Positions 1-12,602 of a DNA stretch of 64,000 nt are shown here, piece after piece; the first letter of the stretch is position 1, and each line of letters starts with the position of its first letter. The position numbers and the translations under genes are program-made. The notes beneath the pieces are model-generated. The model had not been told where the DNA came from and did not search any database. It saw nothing but the letters and a program-made list of their open reading frames with translations. Source of the stretch: Myxococcales bacterium (GTDB lineage: Bacteria; Myxococcota_A; Polyangia; Polyangiales; DASUME01); contig JASGJH010000001.1 in the NCBI GenBank assembly GCA_047601445.1, positions 6,528,001-6,592,000 on the forward strand, in the 5' to 3' direction.

Positions 1-747
1 GAGATGACCGGCGAGCACGCCGTCTCGTCACCTGGCCACATCCGCACGCCGGCGACCAATCGGCGTACGCCCGCTTCGAGGCCACGCGGCAAGACGCCCG
101 TTCCGGCCACGCCGCAGCTCCAGCAGGGCGAGCACGCCGCGGAGGCCGCCGTGACGGGCCCGGCCCACAGCTCCTGGAACCGGCTGCGCCGGCCGGCACT
201 CGGAAGCCTGGCGTTCCTGCTCGGTGCGGGCGCCCTGGTGCTGTGGTTCGCTGGTCAGCCCAATCGCGAGGATCCGATGGGCGGCATCAACGAGGCCCCG
301 GCGTTGCCCGAGTTGGCCGATGTGCCCGCTGGCAAGGCCGGCCCGAGCGAGCCCGCGGCCCCGACCGCGCTCGCTCCCGTGGCTCCGAGCGAAGGCAACG
401 TCGCCCCGCTCGTGCCCAAGCCCGAAGCTGCTCTGCCGGCGGACGCGGGCGCGCTGGGCGCTGCGAGCCCCGAGGCTACGGCCCCGGCACAAGCTCTTGG
501 GGCTCCCTCGAGCGAGCCCGGTGCCCTCAACCCCGCCGCCCCTGCAGCCCCAGCGGGCAGCGACAAGCGCACTGCCCGTCGCAAGGACGGACGCTCGTCG
601 GGGCGCGAAGCGAGCGAGCCTGCGGGCAAGCCGGTGGCGGCACCCACTCCCGCGACCGCGCCCGCGGCCCCCGAGCCAGCGCCCAAGGCCAGCGCGGGCG
701 GCTCCTTGCTGCAGAATACCGACGGCAACCCGTACCTCCGCCACTGA
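1..747 (+). CDS. C-terminal part of a membrane-anchored Pro/Ala-rich protein, probably a Ser/Thr kinase tail (5' end outside window)
   Basis: Frame is open from base 1. One TM segment (ALGSLAFLLGAGALVLWF), a Pro/Ala linker and a terminal NPY motif typical of myxobacterial kinase tails. No kinase domain is visible in the window. Confidence 0.55.
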   Translation, partial: EMTGEHAVSSPGHIRTPATNRRTPASRPRGKTPVPATPQLQQGEHAAEAAVTGPAHSSWNRLRRPALGSLAFLLGAGALVLWFAGQPNREDPMGGINEAPALPELADVPAGKAGPSEPAAPTALAPVAPSEGNVAPLVPKPEAALPADAGALGAASPEATAPAQALGAPSSEPGALNPAAPAAPAGSDKRTARRKDGRSSGREASEPAGKPVAAPTPATAPAAPEPAPKASAGGSLLQNTDGNPYLRH

Positions 748-888
748 GCCGAGGCGTTCGGGTTGGCTGGTCGTCGCCTTAGGGGGTGTCCCTAACTCCA
801 GCGCACGCCAGCATCGCGCCTTTCCGCCGTATCGCGGCTTTCGTGCTCGGCCCGACCTTCAGGTCGAGCCTGCGGGCGCACTCGCTAG

Positions 889-2036
889 CTAGGGCGCGGG
901 CGTGGTGAGCGATACTTGAATCTGGTACTCGAACTGCGGGGCGCCCTGCGCGCCGCGCGATAGGCGCACGTAGTAGGTGCCCGCCTGCAGCGCCTGCAGC
1001 GCGATCTCCGGACACGCGCCGCCCGAACTTGCGTTGTGCGCGATCTGCACGTCTTCACGCAGTTCGCGCGAGTCGGCTCGACTCAGCGTGAGGTCGAGGG
1101 CAGGCGCGTCCGTGCACGCGGCGCCCGCACCGGTGGTGACCTTGAGGTTGAGCAAGCCCGACTTGGGCAAGCGGATGAGGAAGTTGTCGGGCTGGCAGAC
1201 GTTACCGCCGATCTTGCCGTTGACGCCCACCGGGGTGCTCGGATCGGCGGTCACGACGTTGGCCAGGTAGCTGTCGTCGTTGGGCTCGACCTCGTCGACG
1301 CGGGCCCCATTCAACTCCACGCGGCAGGCGTTGTCGCAGCCGTCGCCGTTGGTGAGGTTGCCGTCGTCGCACACCTCTCCATGGACCTTGGTGCCGTCGC
1401 CGCACTCCGGGCTGATAGCGAGCAAGCGCAGGGGCGTGGTGCTGCCAGGCTCGATGCCGTCGAGGACCACCACGTAGTCGCCAGCGCGATCGGCCACGAA
1501 GGTGAAGTGTTCGGACTCGTTGACGCCGCACACGTCCGCCGCGGCCACGCATTCACGTGGGTCGCAGCTGCCGGCCGCGAAGACCGCCAAGTTCTGGTTC
1601 GGCACCGGATCGAGGTGGAAGTGCCAGCGCTGCTGGGCGCGGGCGTGCACCGTGAAGAAGCCGTCGGCGCGCTGGAGCACGTCCGGGGCCACCGAGCACT
1701 CGCTGCTCTCCGAGACGTTCGACACGAGCCCCGTGACGTCGATCATCATCGGAGTCACGCTGCTCATCACGGACGGCAGGCTGTTGGTGCAGGTATCCGA
1801 AAGCTTAAGAGGGGCGGGCCGCCCGCGTCGTGGCCGGCGTCGGCAACGGCCCCGTCCGAGACGCTGCCTCCATCGCCGTCCCCATCGCCATCTCCATCGC
1901 CGTCACCGGTGTCGATGCGCTTCTCGAGGGATTCATCGAAAACGTTGCAAGCGGACAGTCCCAACCAACCGGCGAGTAGCCAGCGGAGCGTGTCGAAGCG
2001 CGCGCTCGGGCGCGCGAGCGAAGAATAGCGGGCCAT
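889..2036 (-). CDS. Secreted lipoprotein with Myxococcus Cys-rich repeat and PPC-like domains (split by a 1-bp frameshift near 1811)
   Basis: ATG at 2036 overlaps the upstream stop (TGATG). Lipobox LSAC, GD dipeptide repeat, CGDG..EVCDDGN..GDGC..CR and EVEPND motifs. ORFs 1767-2054 and 889-1770 join if the G4 run at 1811-1814 is G5. Confidence 0.75.
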
Positions 2037-3070
2037 CAGAAAGCCTTTCTCCAAGTCAGCTGGCTCGTGCGGCCATCCGTGTTGAAACCGAGCGCGGGAA
2101 TGCGCGAGCGGCGCGCCTGGGCGCGGCCAGAGTGTTTGCCGAAGTCCGTGAACAACCCGAGGACCACCGTCGTGGCGGCCAAGGCGCTGCTGCCGACGAT
2201 CAGAATCGTGGTCCGCAGGTCCTTGTTTTCACCGGAATCGAAGGCCTTCTGCGTGGGCATCGGGCTGTTCTTGAAGTCGTCTCGCGCGTTCAACAGGTCG
2301 ACACCCGACCAGATGGTGACCGCGCCGACCGCCACGGTGGCGCCGAGAAAGCTCCAGAAATACGCCTGATGAAGCCCCTTGTGCTCGGGAGCTTGGTCGA
2401 CCGGCGCGGCTGTCGGAGTGGCCACGCCGAGCGCGGGCGCCTCGGCGGCAGGCTCAGGGGCAGCCGGGCTCGCAGGCGCGCTCGTCGCCAAGCGTGTCAA
2501 CTCGAGCTTGCCGCTCTCTCCAGCGTGGGACTCCACGCGCGCTCGGCTCCCTTCGCCACCCTCGAAGCTTGCCGAGATGGTGTGGGGCCCGGGTTGCAGG
2601 TACACGGTATGGCTCGTCCTGGCCTGAGTCCCCACCGCCAGACCATTCACGGACAACACGCAGGGGCTGGTGCAGTCCACCTGAAATCGGCCCAGCTGGG
2701 GTCGGGCGCGGCCCAGGATCTCCTCCGCCAGCTGACGCGACGTGGGATCGCTGCCGTAGCGGCGCAGCAGCTCTTCCGCGTTGGTGGCCGCCGGAACCAG
2801 ACGGTTGGCGGCGAGCCAGGCACGCGCGGCATTGCGCAGGGCTTCGGGCGCCGGTGCGATGCTGTCGGCCAGCTCGTAGAGCTCGGCAGCGCGGGCTGAG
2901 TCGCCAGAGAGTTCGGCCCGCTGGGCTTGCCCGAAGGCATTGGCAGCAGCGGAGACGTCGTCCGTCTGGGCTCCCGCCGAAGTCCCCTGAAGCAGCAGCA
3001 AACAAATCAAACCCAAGTACCAAGGCGCACGCGGCAGATCGATCGGCACAGGCCCCCCTCGCGGATCCAT
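2036..3070 (-). CDS. TPR/PEGA-domain protein
   Basis: Signal peptide, helical TPR-like N-terminus (AAELYELAD..APEALRNAARAW), beta-rich PEGA-like middle, C-terminal hydrophobic segments. Confidence 0.75.
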   Translation of the reverse strand: MDPRGGPVPIDLPRAPWYLGLICLLLLQGTSAGAQTDDVSAAANAFGQAQRAELSGDSARAAELYELADSIAPAPEALRNAARAWLAANRLVPAATNAEELLRRYGSDPTSRQLAEEILGRARPQLGRFQVDCTSPCVLSVNGLAVGTQARTSHTVYLQPGPHTISASFEGGEGSRARVESHAGESGKLELTRLATSAPASPAAPEPAAEAPALGVATPTAAPVDQAPEHKGLHQAYFWSFLGATVAVGAVTIWSGVDLLNARDDFKNSPMPTQKAFDSGENKDLRTTILIVGSSALAATTVVLGLFTDFGKHSGRAQARRSRIPALGFNTDGRTSQLTWRKAF

Positions 3071-3413
3071 GATCCGTTCGCCCCCGCCTGTACTGCAAGA
3101 TTATCGTGCGTGCACGACGCAACCTCGCATGGGGGCGATCTGGCCGGCTCCCGGCCCGTCGCGTGACGTCCCACGCTGGCGTCGAAACGAGCCCTTGCCC
3201 CCGCTGACCGGTCCCGGACGATGCGCGCGGAGGGTGCAGGTAGACTGGATCCCCGGCGGGGGCTTTCCGAGGCAGCCTCCGAAGTGAGCAGCAGCTTGCG
3301 GGGCACCCTGGGCTGGGTGCGCCGCCCGGCCGCGGACCCACGGTAGGTGGTGATGCCCTGTGGTCGCGGACGGCGCGGCCTCGCGCGGTAGACTGCGCGC
3401 TCCGCGAGGCCTC

Positions 3414-4178
3414 GTGTTCTTCTGGCTATCCAAGACCTTCGATATCTTCACATCGCCGCCCTTCCTGGTTCTGGTCTTGGCGCTCCTGGCCGCCCGCAAC
3501 GCCCGGCGCGGGAACGCGCGGGGCGCCTGGCGATTCGCGATCGCGGGCGGCGTGCTGCTCTATGGCCTGTCGGTCCCCCTGCTGGCCGACCCGTTGCTCA
3601 CCTACACCGAGGAAAACGACGGGCATCCCTACGACCCGCGAGCCTCCTATGACGCAGTCATCGTGCTCGGAGGCTTTCTGGGGCGTGACTTGGACTACGG
3701 CTATGCGCTGAGTGAGCCAGGCGAGCGCTTGCTGCGCGGCTTCGAGGCCTTTCGCAGCGGCAAGACCTCCCTCGTGATCCTGTCAGGCGGCGGCTTTGGC
3801 GACGAGGTGGAGGCCGACCTGATGGCCAAATTGCTCACGGAGTGGGGCGTGCCGAGGGACCGTCTGTTGCTGGACCGTGACAGCTTGAACACGCGCGAGA
3901 ACGCGCTCGGGGTGCAGCGAATCGTGGAGCGGCACGGCTTGCGCAGATTGCTGCTGGTGACCAGCGCCTTTCACATGCAGCGCGCACTCGACTGCTTCCG
4001 GGCGCTCGGTCTCGAGCCCGATGTGCTGCCATGTGATTTCCAGGCGCCTGGCACCGCGGGCTGGTTCTGGACGCTGGCGCCGCGCGCCGGCACGCTCGCT
4101 GTGTCCGAAATCGCGCTGCGGGAGTTGCTGGGCCGCCTAGTGTACCGAGGGATGGGCTATGCCAAGCCCGGAGCCTGA
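3414..4178 (+). CDS. YdcF/ElyC family protein (DUF218)
   Basis: DAVIVLGG, ILSGG, SLNTRENA and LLVTSAFHMQRA motifs; N-terminal TM helices. GTG start chosen at 3414. Confidence 0.9.
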   Translation: MFFWLSKTFDIFTSPPFLVLVLALLAARNARRGNARGAWRFAIAGGVLLYGLSVPLLADPLLTYTEENDGHPYDPRASYDAVIVLGGFLGRDLDYGYALSEPGERLLRGFEAFRSGKTSLVILSGGGFGDEVEADLMAKLLTEWGVPRDRLLLDRDSLNTRENALGVQRIVERHGLRRLLLVTSAFHMQRALDCFRALGLEPDVLPCDFQAPGTAGWFWTLAPRAGTLAVSEIALRELLGRLVYRGMGYAKPGA

Positions 4179-5716
4179 GCTGGTCCGAAGTCGAGGCCGT
4201 CGAGCTCCAAGGTGGTCAACACCAGCGTGACCTGCGCGAGCCGTGTGTCTTCGAAGCGCAGCGTTGCGTCTTCGAGGCGGGTCAGGTGAGCACTCGAGGT
4301 CAGTACGCTCGAGCCCAGAGGCATGGCATGGACGCTCGCCGTCAGCTTGTCCCCATCCACGCGCAAGAGTCCCGCGCGCGGTGCAGATTCGGGATCGTGG
4401 TGGACGGTGCCTTGCACGCGCAGGCTTCCCAGCACCAGCTCGCGCAGGGCTGCGTTCATGGGGCGTGCCTGGGGGGCGAGCGAAAAATCCGTGTCGATGT
4501 TGGCGAGGGTCATGTGACGCAGGGCAAAGCGTGGGCCGCTCCCGCCGTTCGCGCTGGGCTCGGGAGGCGGCTCGCTCTGGCGCGGGCTCGAGAGGCGTGC
4601 CTGCGGCAACACCGCGAGGCGCACGCGGTTGCGCTCGGCGAGTCGATAGTCCTCCGGCGTGAGGTCCCAAATCACGAGCGGCTTGCCACGCCCGCGCACG
4701 CCCACCAGGGGGATACCCACCTCGAGCACGAGTGCGCCTTCGCGCACGGCGAAGTCGAGCAAGGAGTCCTCGAGGCGCGAGAGTCCGCTCTCGAGCACCA
4801 GATAGTCGAGGCTGCCATCTGCGATGGGCACGCGGATTTCGTGGGTGGCGCGGCGACGGCCGATGATGGGGACCGCTAGATCGACTTCGACGTCCACATT
4901 GAGATTGCCGGACACGCGATCGAGCAGGCTGCGATCCCACAAAGGGTTCGTGGAGGGTGCCCCGGGGGCACGTGACTGACGCGGTTCGGGTGGGCGCGAC
5001 TGGCGTGGCTCGGGTGGCTTGGGCGCCGGTGGGAGTGAGAGGTTGCCCTCGACGCGCTCGAGCTTGGCGCGTCGGGCCTGGATGGAACCTGCTTGATAGG
5101 AGCCCTGCTCGAGCGCCACGGCGCTGCCGCGCAGTTGCACGTTGGCCTGGGTGAGCTCGAGCTCAGGGGCCCGGAGCTGCCCGAAGCTGAGCTTGAACTC
5201 CGGGTCGCCCCAGCCGATGTGGAGAGCTTCTGCCCGCAACTCGGGAACCGCGACACGCAGGGCCCCGGCGGACTCGACCACGAGATTGCGGAACACGGCG
5301 ACGTCTGCCTGCACGCTGCCAGCGGAGCCCTTGAGCTCGAGCACCAACTGGTCAGCTTCGAGCAACGCGCTGATGTGTAGCTTGCCGATCTGGACCGACA
5401 ACTCCACGGCGCGCGTGCGCTCGGTCGCAACGCGACCCTCGAGTTGTCCGCTGCGCGTGCCGAGCGCGGCCTGGAGCCCATCGAAGACGGTTTCGCCCTT
5501 GGAGAGCAGGGTGAGCGAACCAAAGGTCAGCTGGAGAAGGTCGAGCTGCAAGCTCGGCGCGCGCACGCCCTCGAGCTCGAAGCCCCGAGAGTCGGAGAAC
5601 ATCTTGCCCGAGATGCCATCGGCGGAGCGCACGCTGACCCGGTCGGACGGATGGCCCTCTCGGGCGAGGTCCAGTGCGAGTCCATGGAGCGCAAGCCGCT
5701 CGAGATCGATGCGCAT
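4157..5716 (-). CDS. Hypothetical beta-strand-rich protein (possibly AsmA-like)
   Basis: 519 aa ORF with protein-like composition and repetitive amphipathic beta strands; internal PPEPRQSR duplication. Confidence 0.6.
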   Translation of the reverse strand: MRIDLERLALHGLALDLAREGHPSDRVSVRSADGISGKMFSDSRGFELEGVRAPSLQLDLLQLTFGSLTLLSKGETVFDGLQAALGTRSGQLEGRVATERTRAVELSVQIGKLHISALLEADQLVLELKGSAGSVQADVAVFRNLVVESAGALRVAVPELRAEALHIGWGDPEFKLSFGQLRAPELELTQANVQLRGSAVALEQGSYQAGSIQARRAKLERVEGNLSLPPAPKPPEPRQSRPPEPRQSRAPGAPSTNPLWDRSLLDRVSGNLNVDVEVDLAVPIIGRRRATHEIRVPIADGSLDYLVLESGLSRLEDSLLDFAVREGALVLEVGIPLVGVRGRGKPLVIWDLTPEDYRLAERNRVRLAVLPQARLSSPRQSEPPPEPSANGGSGPRFALRHMTLANIDTDFSLAPQARPMNAALRELVLGSLRVQGTVHHDPESAPRAGLLRVDGDKLTASVHAMPLGSSVLTSSAHLTRLEDATLRFEDTRLAQVTLVLTTLELDGLDFGPAQAPGLA

Positions 5717-5970
5717 CTCGGAAACCTGCCATTCCTCACGAAGGGATGCCAGTTTGGAGCCCGCGCGCTTCGAGCAGGGACGCTCCTCCCCTGGTGCTCA
5801 ACGGTGGCGAAAGCGAAAGCCGTCCCTCTAAAGCTCCTCTAAAGCGCGAGAGGCGAGAATCGCTGCTGCGATGCCCGCCTCCCGTGATGAGCACCAGCTG
5901 GTCGCTCAGTCCTTCACGTCGCCTCGAGCGAAGATCGAGCCACGCAATGTTACTGAGTGACCCTGGTCGC

Positions 5971-8028
<2,058 letters not shown>

Positions 8029-8110
8029 GAGCGAATACCCCCGGAAGTCATGGTCTCGACTTAGGCTACCACAACGCGAGAAGCGAGGGGGCGGCGATCA
8101 CTCTTTCATT

Positions 8111-8135
8111 TCGTACACGTACGCGTGCCCGTGCC
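8111..8135. repeat. Half copy of a dispersed CGTGCC-based intergenic repeat
   Basis: 22/25 identity to the reverse complement of 29005-29029. Confidence 0.6.
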
Positions 8136-8269
8136 GGCGCTCGCGCCGAGCCGTCCATGGGTGCTGTGTAGGGACACGCCGCGCCAGCCTCGCGGGGACG
8201 CGCCGCGCGCGCTGAACCCACACGAAATTCACAGGCCGCCGGGGCGTGCGGGCCTGCTACCCTCGTCGG

Positions 8270-9562
8270 ATGCGCTCCGAGCTCGAGATCGCATTGCGCC
8301 TGGATTTCATGTTGGCCCAAGCGGCCAGCATGGCTCGGCCGCTGCCCTCGCTCACGCCCGAAGACGCGGCGAGCGAACGCGCCCGCTTGATCGCCAGCCT
8401 GGGCCGGGGCGAGCTGCCGGTGCCCGCATTCAAGGCCCAACGACAGCGTCTCGCCTCCGATGCCTATCGCTTGATCGATGACGCACGCAGGCTGTCGTCG
8501 GAGTGCGTGATTGGTGGCCTTTATACCGATCGTCTCGACGAACTCGAGCTTGATTTGGCCATTTTGGAGGCCTGGGGCGACGCCAAGTTGATCCGCCCGC
8601 TGTGCGCTCGTCGTTATGGACGAGGGGACGAGCGCGTGGCGCCCGGGGCGCTACGCGTGCGCTCCATGGTTTGCTCGCGGGCGGACCCGCCCGCTTCGAC
8701 CGCGGGCGGCCCGGATGGGGACACGACGCGAGAGTTCACCCTGATCGAGGTCGCACGCGAGCTCTTGCGCACCTTGCCACGCAGCGAGCTACCCGAGGCC
8801 ACGCTGCCCGCCGTCGCGACCAAAGGTGCGCCTTCGGTGGCCGCCCTCATGCAGCGCGCCTTCCTCGGCATCGGGCTGGATGCCGAGGTTCGCGTGGAGC
8901 CGCGCTTGTCTTCCCTGGCAGCCACCGGGGAACGCACGGTGTTCTTGGCCGATCGCTTGTTCAGCCTGCGGGAGGCGCGTCGGCTCACCGCGCACGAGGT
9001 CTTCGGCCATTTGGTGGTGGCAGCCAATGCGCGCGCGCAGTCGCTGCGGCTCCTGCAGATTGGACTCAAGGGGTCCTTCGCCGATCAGGAGGGGCTCTCG
9101 CTGTACCTCGAGGAACAGCTGGGCTTCATGTGCAGCGAGCGCCTGCGGACGCTGTCTGCGCGCGTCGTGGCCACCGAACTGCTCCACGCGGGCGCGTCGT
9201 TTGGTGAGACTGCGCGACTGATGTCCGTGGAGTACGGCTTCTCGGCGGAGGCCTCGGTCTTGATCGCCGAACGCACCTATCGAGGTGGCGGTGCCGCGCG
9301 GGATGTCGGCTATCTGGCGGGCTATCTGCGTGTGCGCGCGGCCATCGCTGCCGGAACTGCTGAAGTCGATGAGCTGCGTCGTGGGCGCGTGTCGGTCGCT
9401 TCGCTGCCTGCGCTGCGCGAGCTCGAGGGGCGCGGTTGGGTGCGCCCGAGCGTCTATCGGCCGAGCTTCTCTCTCAGCCGCAAGTTGATATTGGGCGGCA
9501 CCAACGCGGACACGTCACCGCCGAGCGACGCAGCCTCCTTGACGATGTTGGAGCTCACGTAG
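8270..9562 (+). CDS. DUF1704 / QEGLA-motif metallopeptidase-like protein
   Basis: HEVFGH zinc-site-like motif, QEGLS and RDVGYLAG; 3' end overlaps coaD in antisense. Confidence 0.8.
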   Translation: MRSELEIALRLDFMLAQAASMARPLPSLTPEDAASERARLIASLGRGELPVPAFKAQRQRLASDAYRLIDDARRLSSECVIGGLYTDRLDELELDLAILEAWGDAKLIRPLCARRYGRGDERVAPGALRVRSMVCSRADPPASTAGGPDGDTTREFTLIEVARELLRTLPRSELPEATLPAVATKGAPSVAALMQRAFLGIGLDAEVRVEPRLSSLAATGERTVFLADRLFSLREARRLTAHEVFGHLVVAANARAQSLRLLQIGLKGSFADQEGLSLYLEEQLGFMCSERLRTLSARVVATELLHAGASFGETARLMSVEYGFSAEASVLIAERTYRGGGAARDVGYLAGYLRVRAAIAAGTAEVDELRRGRVSVASLPALRELEGRGWVRPSVYRPSFSLSRKLILGGTNADTSPPSDAASLTMLELT

Positions 9563-9933
9563 AAGTAGGCGTCGTTGGCCATCAAGAACACGGTCTCCAT
9601 CCCTTCGAACAGGTGCCGGTTCATGTTCGCCATCTGCAGCTCGTACTCGAAGTCGGCCACCGCGCGCAGTCCGCGCAGCACGACCTTCACGTTCTTACGG
9701 CGGCAGTAGTCCACCAACAAGCCATCGAACGAGTCGACCTCGATGCGCGTCTCGTCCCCGACGGCCTCGCGGATCATGTCGATGCGCTCTTGCACGCTGA
9801 AGAGCGACTGCTTCTTGGGGTTCGACAGCACCGCGACGATCAGGCGATCGACCACGACCAGGCCACCCTTGATGATGCTCAGATGGCCGTTCGTCATCGG
9901 GTCGAACGAACCGGGATAGATCGCCACGCTCAT
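9454..9933 (-). CDS. coaD: Pantetheine-phosphate adenylyltransferase
   Basis: [26 protein letters not shown] and VSSNIVKE motifs; ATGA overlap with rsmD. Confidence 0.98.
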   Translation of the reverse strand: MSVAIYPGSFDPMTNGHLSIIKGGLVVVDRLIVAVLSNPKKQSLFSVQERIDMIREAVGDETRIEVDSFDGLLVDYCRRKNVKVVLRGLRAVADFEYELQMANMNRHLFEGMETVFLMANDAYFYVSSNIVKEAASLGGDVSALVPPNINLRLREKLGR

Positions 9934-10523
9934 CGCACTTCGCCTCTCGGGTTGGTTGGGGGCGTCCCCCAGGTCAGGATCTCCACGGCCGTGTCGCCGT
10001 AGCGGTAGCTCGATTGAACGGCGAAAGCAGTTGGCAGCGCCAAGTGTCCCTTCGCCGCATGCTCTAGCAGAAGGACGGCGTCCTCGGCCAGCAGGCCGTC
10101 CCGGCACAGCTGCTCCAGGGCGAGCAGGGCTCCGTCGACCTCGCGATAGGGCGGATCGAGCAGCACCAGATCGAACGGAGCTAGCGCCAGAATCGCTTTT
10201 TGGCCCCGGGCTTTGCCGATGTCCTCGCGCAACACCCGCACGCTCGAAACAACGTCGAGCTCCTGGGCCGCCATGCGGATGTGTTCGGCCACGCGAGCGT
10301 CCCGCTCCACGAACAAGACCTGCGTCGCGCCCCGGGAAAGCATCTCGAATCCGAGCGCCCCACTGCCCGCGAAGAGATCGACCACGCGCGCTCCTTCGAT
10401 GGCGCCGCGCGCCGATAGCGCCGAGGTCAATGCCTCACGTACGCGCTCGGAGGTGGGTCGAGTCACGTTCCCAGGCGGGGGCGCGATGCGACGACCCCCC
10501 AAGCGTCCGCCCACGATCCGCAC
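9930..10523 (-). CDS. rsmD: 16S rRNA m2G966 methyltransferase
   Basis: [30 protein letters not shown] and YGDT motifs; canonical rsmD-coaD order. Confidence 0.95.
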   Translation of the reverse strand: MRIVGGRLGGRRIAPPPGNVTRPTSERVREALTSALSARGAIEGARVVDLFAGSGALGFEMLSRGATQVLFVERDARVAEHIRMAAQELDVVSSVRVLREDIGKARGQKAILALAPFDLVLLDPPYREVDGALLALEQLCRDGLLAEDAVLLLEHAAKGHLALPTAFAVQSSYRYGDTAVEILTWGTPPTNPRGEVR

Positions 10524-10527
10524 GGCT

Positions 10528-11712
10528 CTAGAACTGCACGGTCGCGTTCAGCATGGCTTGGCCATGACGGTAGCTCGGGCGGAAGCTCACGCGTTGCTGC
10601 TTTCGCAGCGGGTCGGTGACGAGCAAGTAGGTGCCGACACCACCAAAGACGATGGCGCTACCCAGGAAGACGTACTGCAGCACTTCCAGAGTGTCCGCCT
10701 CGTTGCACAGCGAGTTCGCCTTGCTCTCGAGCCCTGCCTGGCTGGGATGCTTGTGCGCCAGGGTGCCAGCCTCGGCCGCGACACAGACGTCCTGGACGTT
10801 GGGCGGGAAGGCGGCGCGATACTCTTTCAGGTACGGGTCGTCGTTGATGTTCCCGATACGGACCCAGCTGTAGATGGTGGCGCCGGTGAGGCCGAGCGCG
10901 AGTCCGATGGAGGTCCAGCCGAGCACGCGACGCAGCTTGCTGGGCTGAAGGTCCTCGGGGGCTTCCATGCCTGCGAACGCGGATGCGGGTTCCTCGACGA
11001 GCGGGGCATCCGCCGGCTTGAGCACCACGCGCAAGGTGGCCGTGGCATTCTCGCCGACCATGACGGGCACGTCGCGCACGCGGTCCTCGACCGGGTCGTG
11101 CACCGTGACGCTGTGCTTGCCCGCCGCGATCTCCGAGAGCAGGAGCTCGCCGCGCGGGTTCAGCTCGCCCACCGGATCGCCATCGATGGCGACCTCGGCG
11201 CCCGGGCTGTCGCCGACGATGCGCAGGGATCCGAGCGCCCGTTTGCCCGCCAGACGCTCCATGAGGGCCTGGGCGCTCGGGCCGAGGTTCGGACCTTCCA
11301 TGCGCTCCGCGGGGACCTTTTGCTCGATGGACGACTCGACCTGCCCGCTCACGGCGTCGAAGCTGAACAGGGCGATCTGGACCTCGCCTCCACTGCGCGC
11401 CGTGGTGCCGTAGATCAAGCGATCGACCTTCAGGGTGCTCGCGATGTCGGCCATGCAGCGTGCGTCCGGCTCGTCGCAGCCGTGGGCCAGGCTCATCTGC
11501 GCGAGCGACACGTCGCGATCGCTCACCTGAAAGCCCTGGATCTTTTTCGCCGCCTGGCGAAGGGCATTCGATACGTCGCGCGCTTCGTCGTCGTCGCCGT
11601 CCAAGGAGCGCACGCCCAACACCACGACGGAGCTGTCGGCGGCCACGGGAAGCGGCGAGCTGGCCAGCACGAACATCGTTGGAATAGCCAACCACAGCCA
11701 CAGCAGCTTCAT
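10528..11712 (-). CDS. PEGA-domain exported protein
   Basis: Signal peptide, GCDEPDARC segment, PGAEVAIDG..GKHSV PEGA motif, C-terminal TM region. Confidence 0.75.
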   Translation of the reverse strand: MKLLWLWLAIPTMFVLASSPLPVAADSSVVVLGVRSLDGDDDEARDVSNALRQAAKKIQGFQVSDRDVSLAQMSLAHGCDEPDARCMADIASTLKVDRLIYGTTARSGGEVQIALFSFDAVSGQVESSIEQKVPAERMEGPNLGPSAQALMERLAGKRALGSLRIVGDSPGAEVAIDGDPVGELNPRGELLLSEIAAGKHSVTVHDPVEDRVRDVPVMVGENATATLRVVLKPADAPLVEEPASAFAGMEAPEDLQPSKLRRVLGWTSIGLALGLTGATIYSWVRIGNINDDPYLKEYRAAFPPNVQDVCVAAEAGTLAHKHPSQAGLESKANSLCNEADTLEVLQYVFLGSAIVFGGVGTYLLVTDPLRKQQRVSFRPSYRHGQAMLNATVQF

Positions 11713-11822
11713 GCGTTCCTCGTACCCACCATTCACTCCGCACCATACTGATAGTTCACCTGCTCCCGCAATGTTTTCGGGGCTTGCTCAGGTCCTCCGG
11801 ATGTGTCCTGCTGGGGCCCCAA

Positions 11823-12575
11823 ATGCGGGCAGCACAGCAAGACGTCTGCGGATGTTTCCCCACAGGGCGGCACTATCCGGGCATTTCCGAGTTCATGGCC
11901 CAGCTGCTCGAGAAGGTGGAAGGCGTTTTCCACGCTTTCGACCCGAAGCTGCCCTGGACCGACTTCCCGATCGCCGTAATCGATTTCGAAACCACCGGCT
12001 TCGACGAGCAGGTCGATCGCGTGGTCGAGGTCGGCGTGGTGTGTTTCCACCGGGGCGTGCTGACCGACAAAAAGAGCTGGCTAATTCAGCCCGGCATGCC
12101 GATTCCAGAGTCGGCGGTCAACGTCCACGGCATCACCGACGCCATGGTGGCGGACGCGCCCTTCTTCCACGAGATCGCCCAGGAGCTGAGGCAGGTCCTC
12201 TCGGGCCACCTGCCGGTGGCCTACAACGCGACCTTCGATCGCAAGTTCATGCACGCTGAGATGCGCCGGGCGGGTATCTCGGATGATCGGGTTGCGGCGC
12301 TCGACGCCAAGACCACCTGGGTCAATCCGTTGGTGTGGACCCGCGAGCTGATGGCCGAAGCCAAGAGCAAGCGCCTGGCCGACATCTGCGAATTGCTCGG
12401 TATCCCGCTGAATGACGCCCACCGCGCCTGGGCCGACGCCGAGGCCACGGGTCGCGTGCTCTTGGCCCTCGCCGATCGCATGCCGCGGGGCTACGCGGAG
12501 CTGGTGCGCGTTCAGGATCAGTACTCGGCCCGCCAGGAAGCCGAGCTGGCTGATTGGCGCAGGCGGCGTGGTTGA
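11823..12575 (+). CDS. DEDDh 3'-5' exonuclease (DnaQ-like)
   Basis: IDFETTG, VHGITD, AYNATFD and HRAWADA motifs. Confidence 0.9.
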   Translation: MRAAQQDVCGCFPTGRHYPGISEFMAQLLEKVEGVFHAFDPKLPWTDFPIAVIDFETTGFDEQVDRVVEVGVVCFHRGVLTDKKSWLIQPGMPIPESAVNVHGITDAMVADAPFFHEIAQELRQVLSGHLPVAYNATFDRKFMHAEMRRAGISDDRVAALDAKTTWVNPLVWTRELMAEAKSKRLADICELLGIPLNDAHRAWADAEATGRVLLALADRMPRGYAELVRVQDQYSARQEAELADWRRRRG

Positions 12576-12602
12576 GTCGACTGGGTCCGTGTCCGGGACC
12601 GT

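Noticed and set aside
3079..3137. CGCCCCC/GGGGGCG pairing over the RBS region of the TPR/PEGA gene
   Set aside because: A 7-bp GC-only stem is unremarkable at this GC content.
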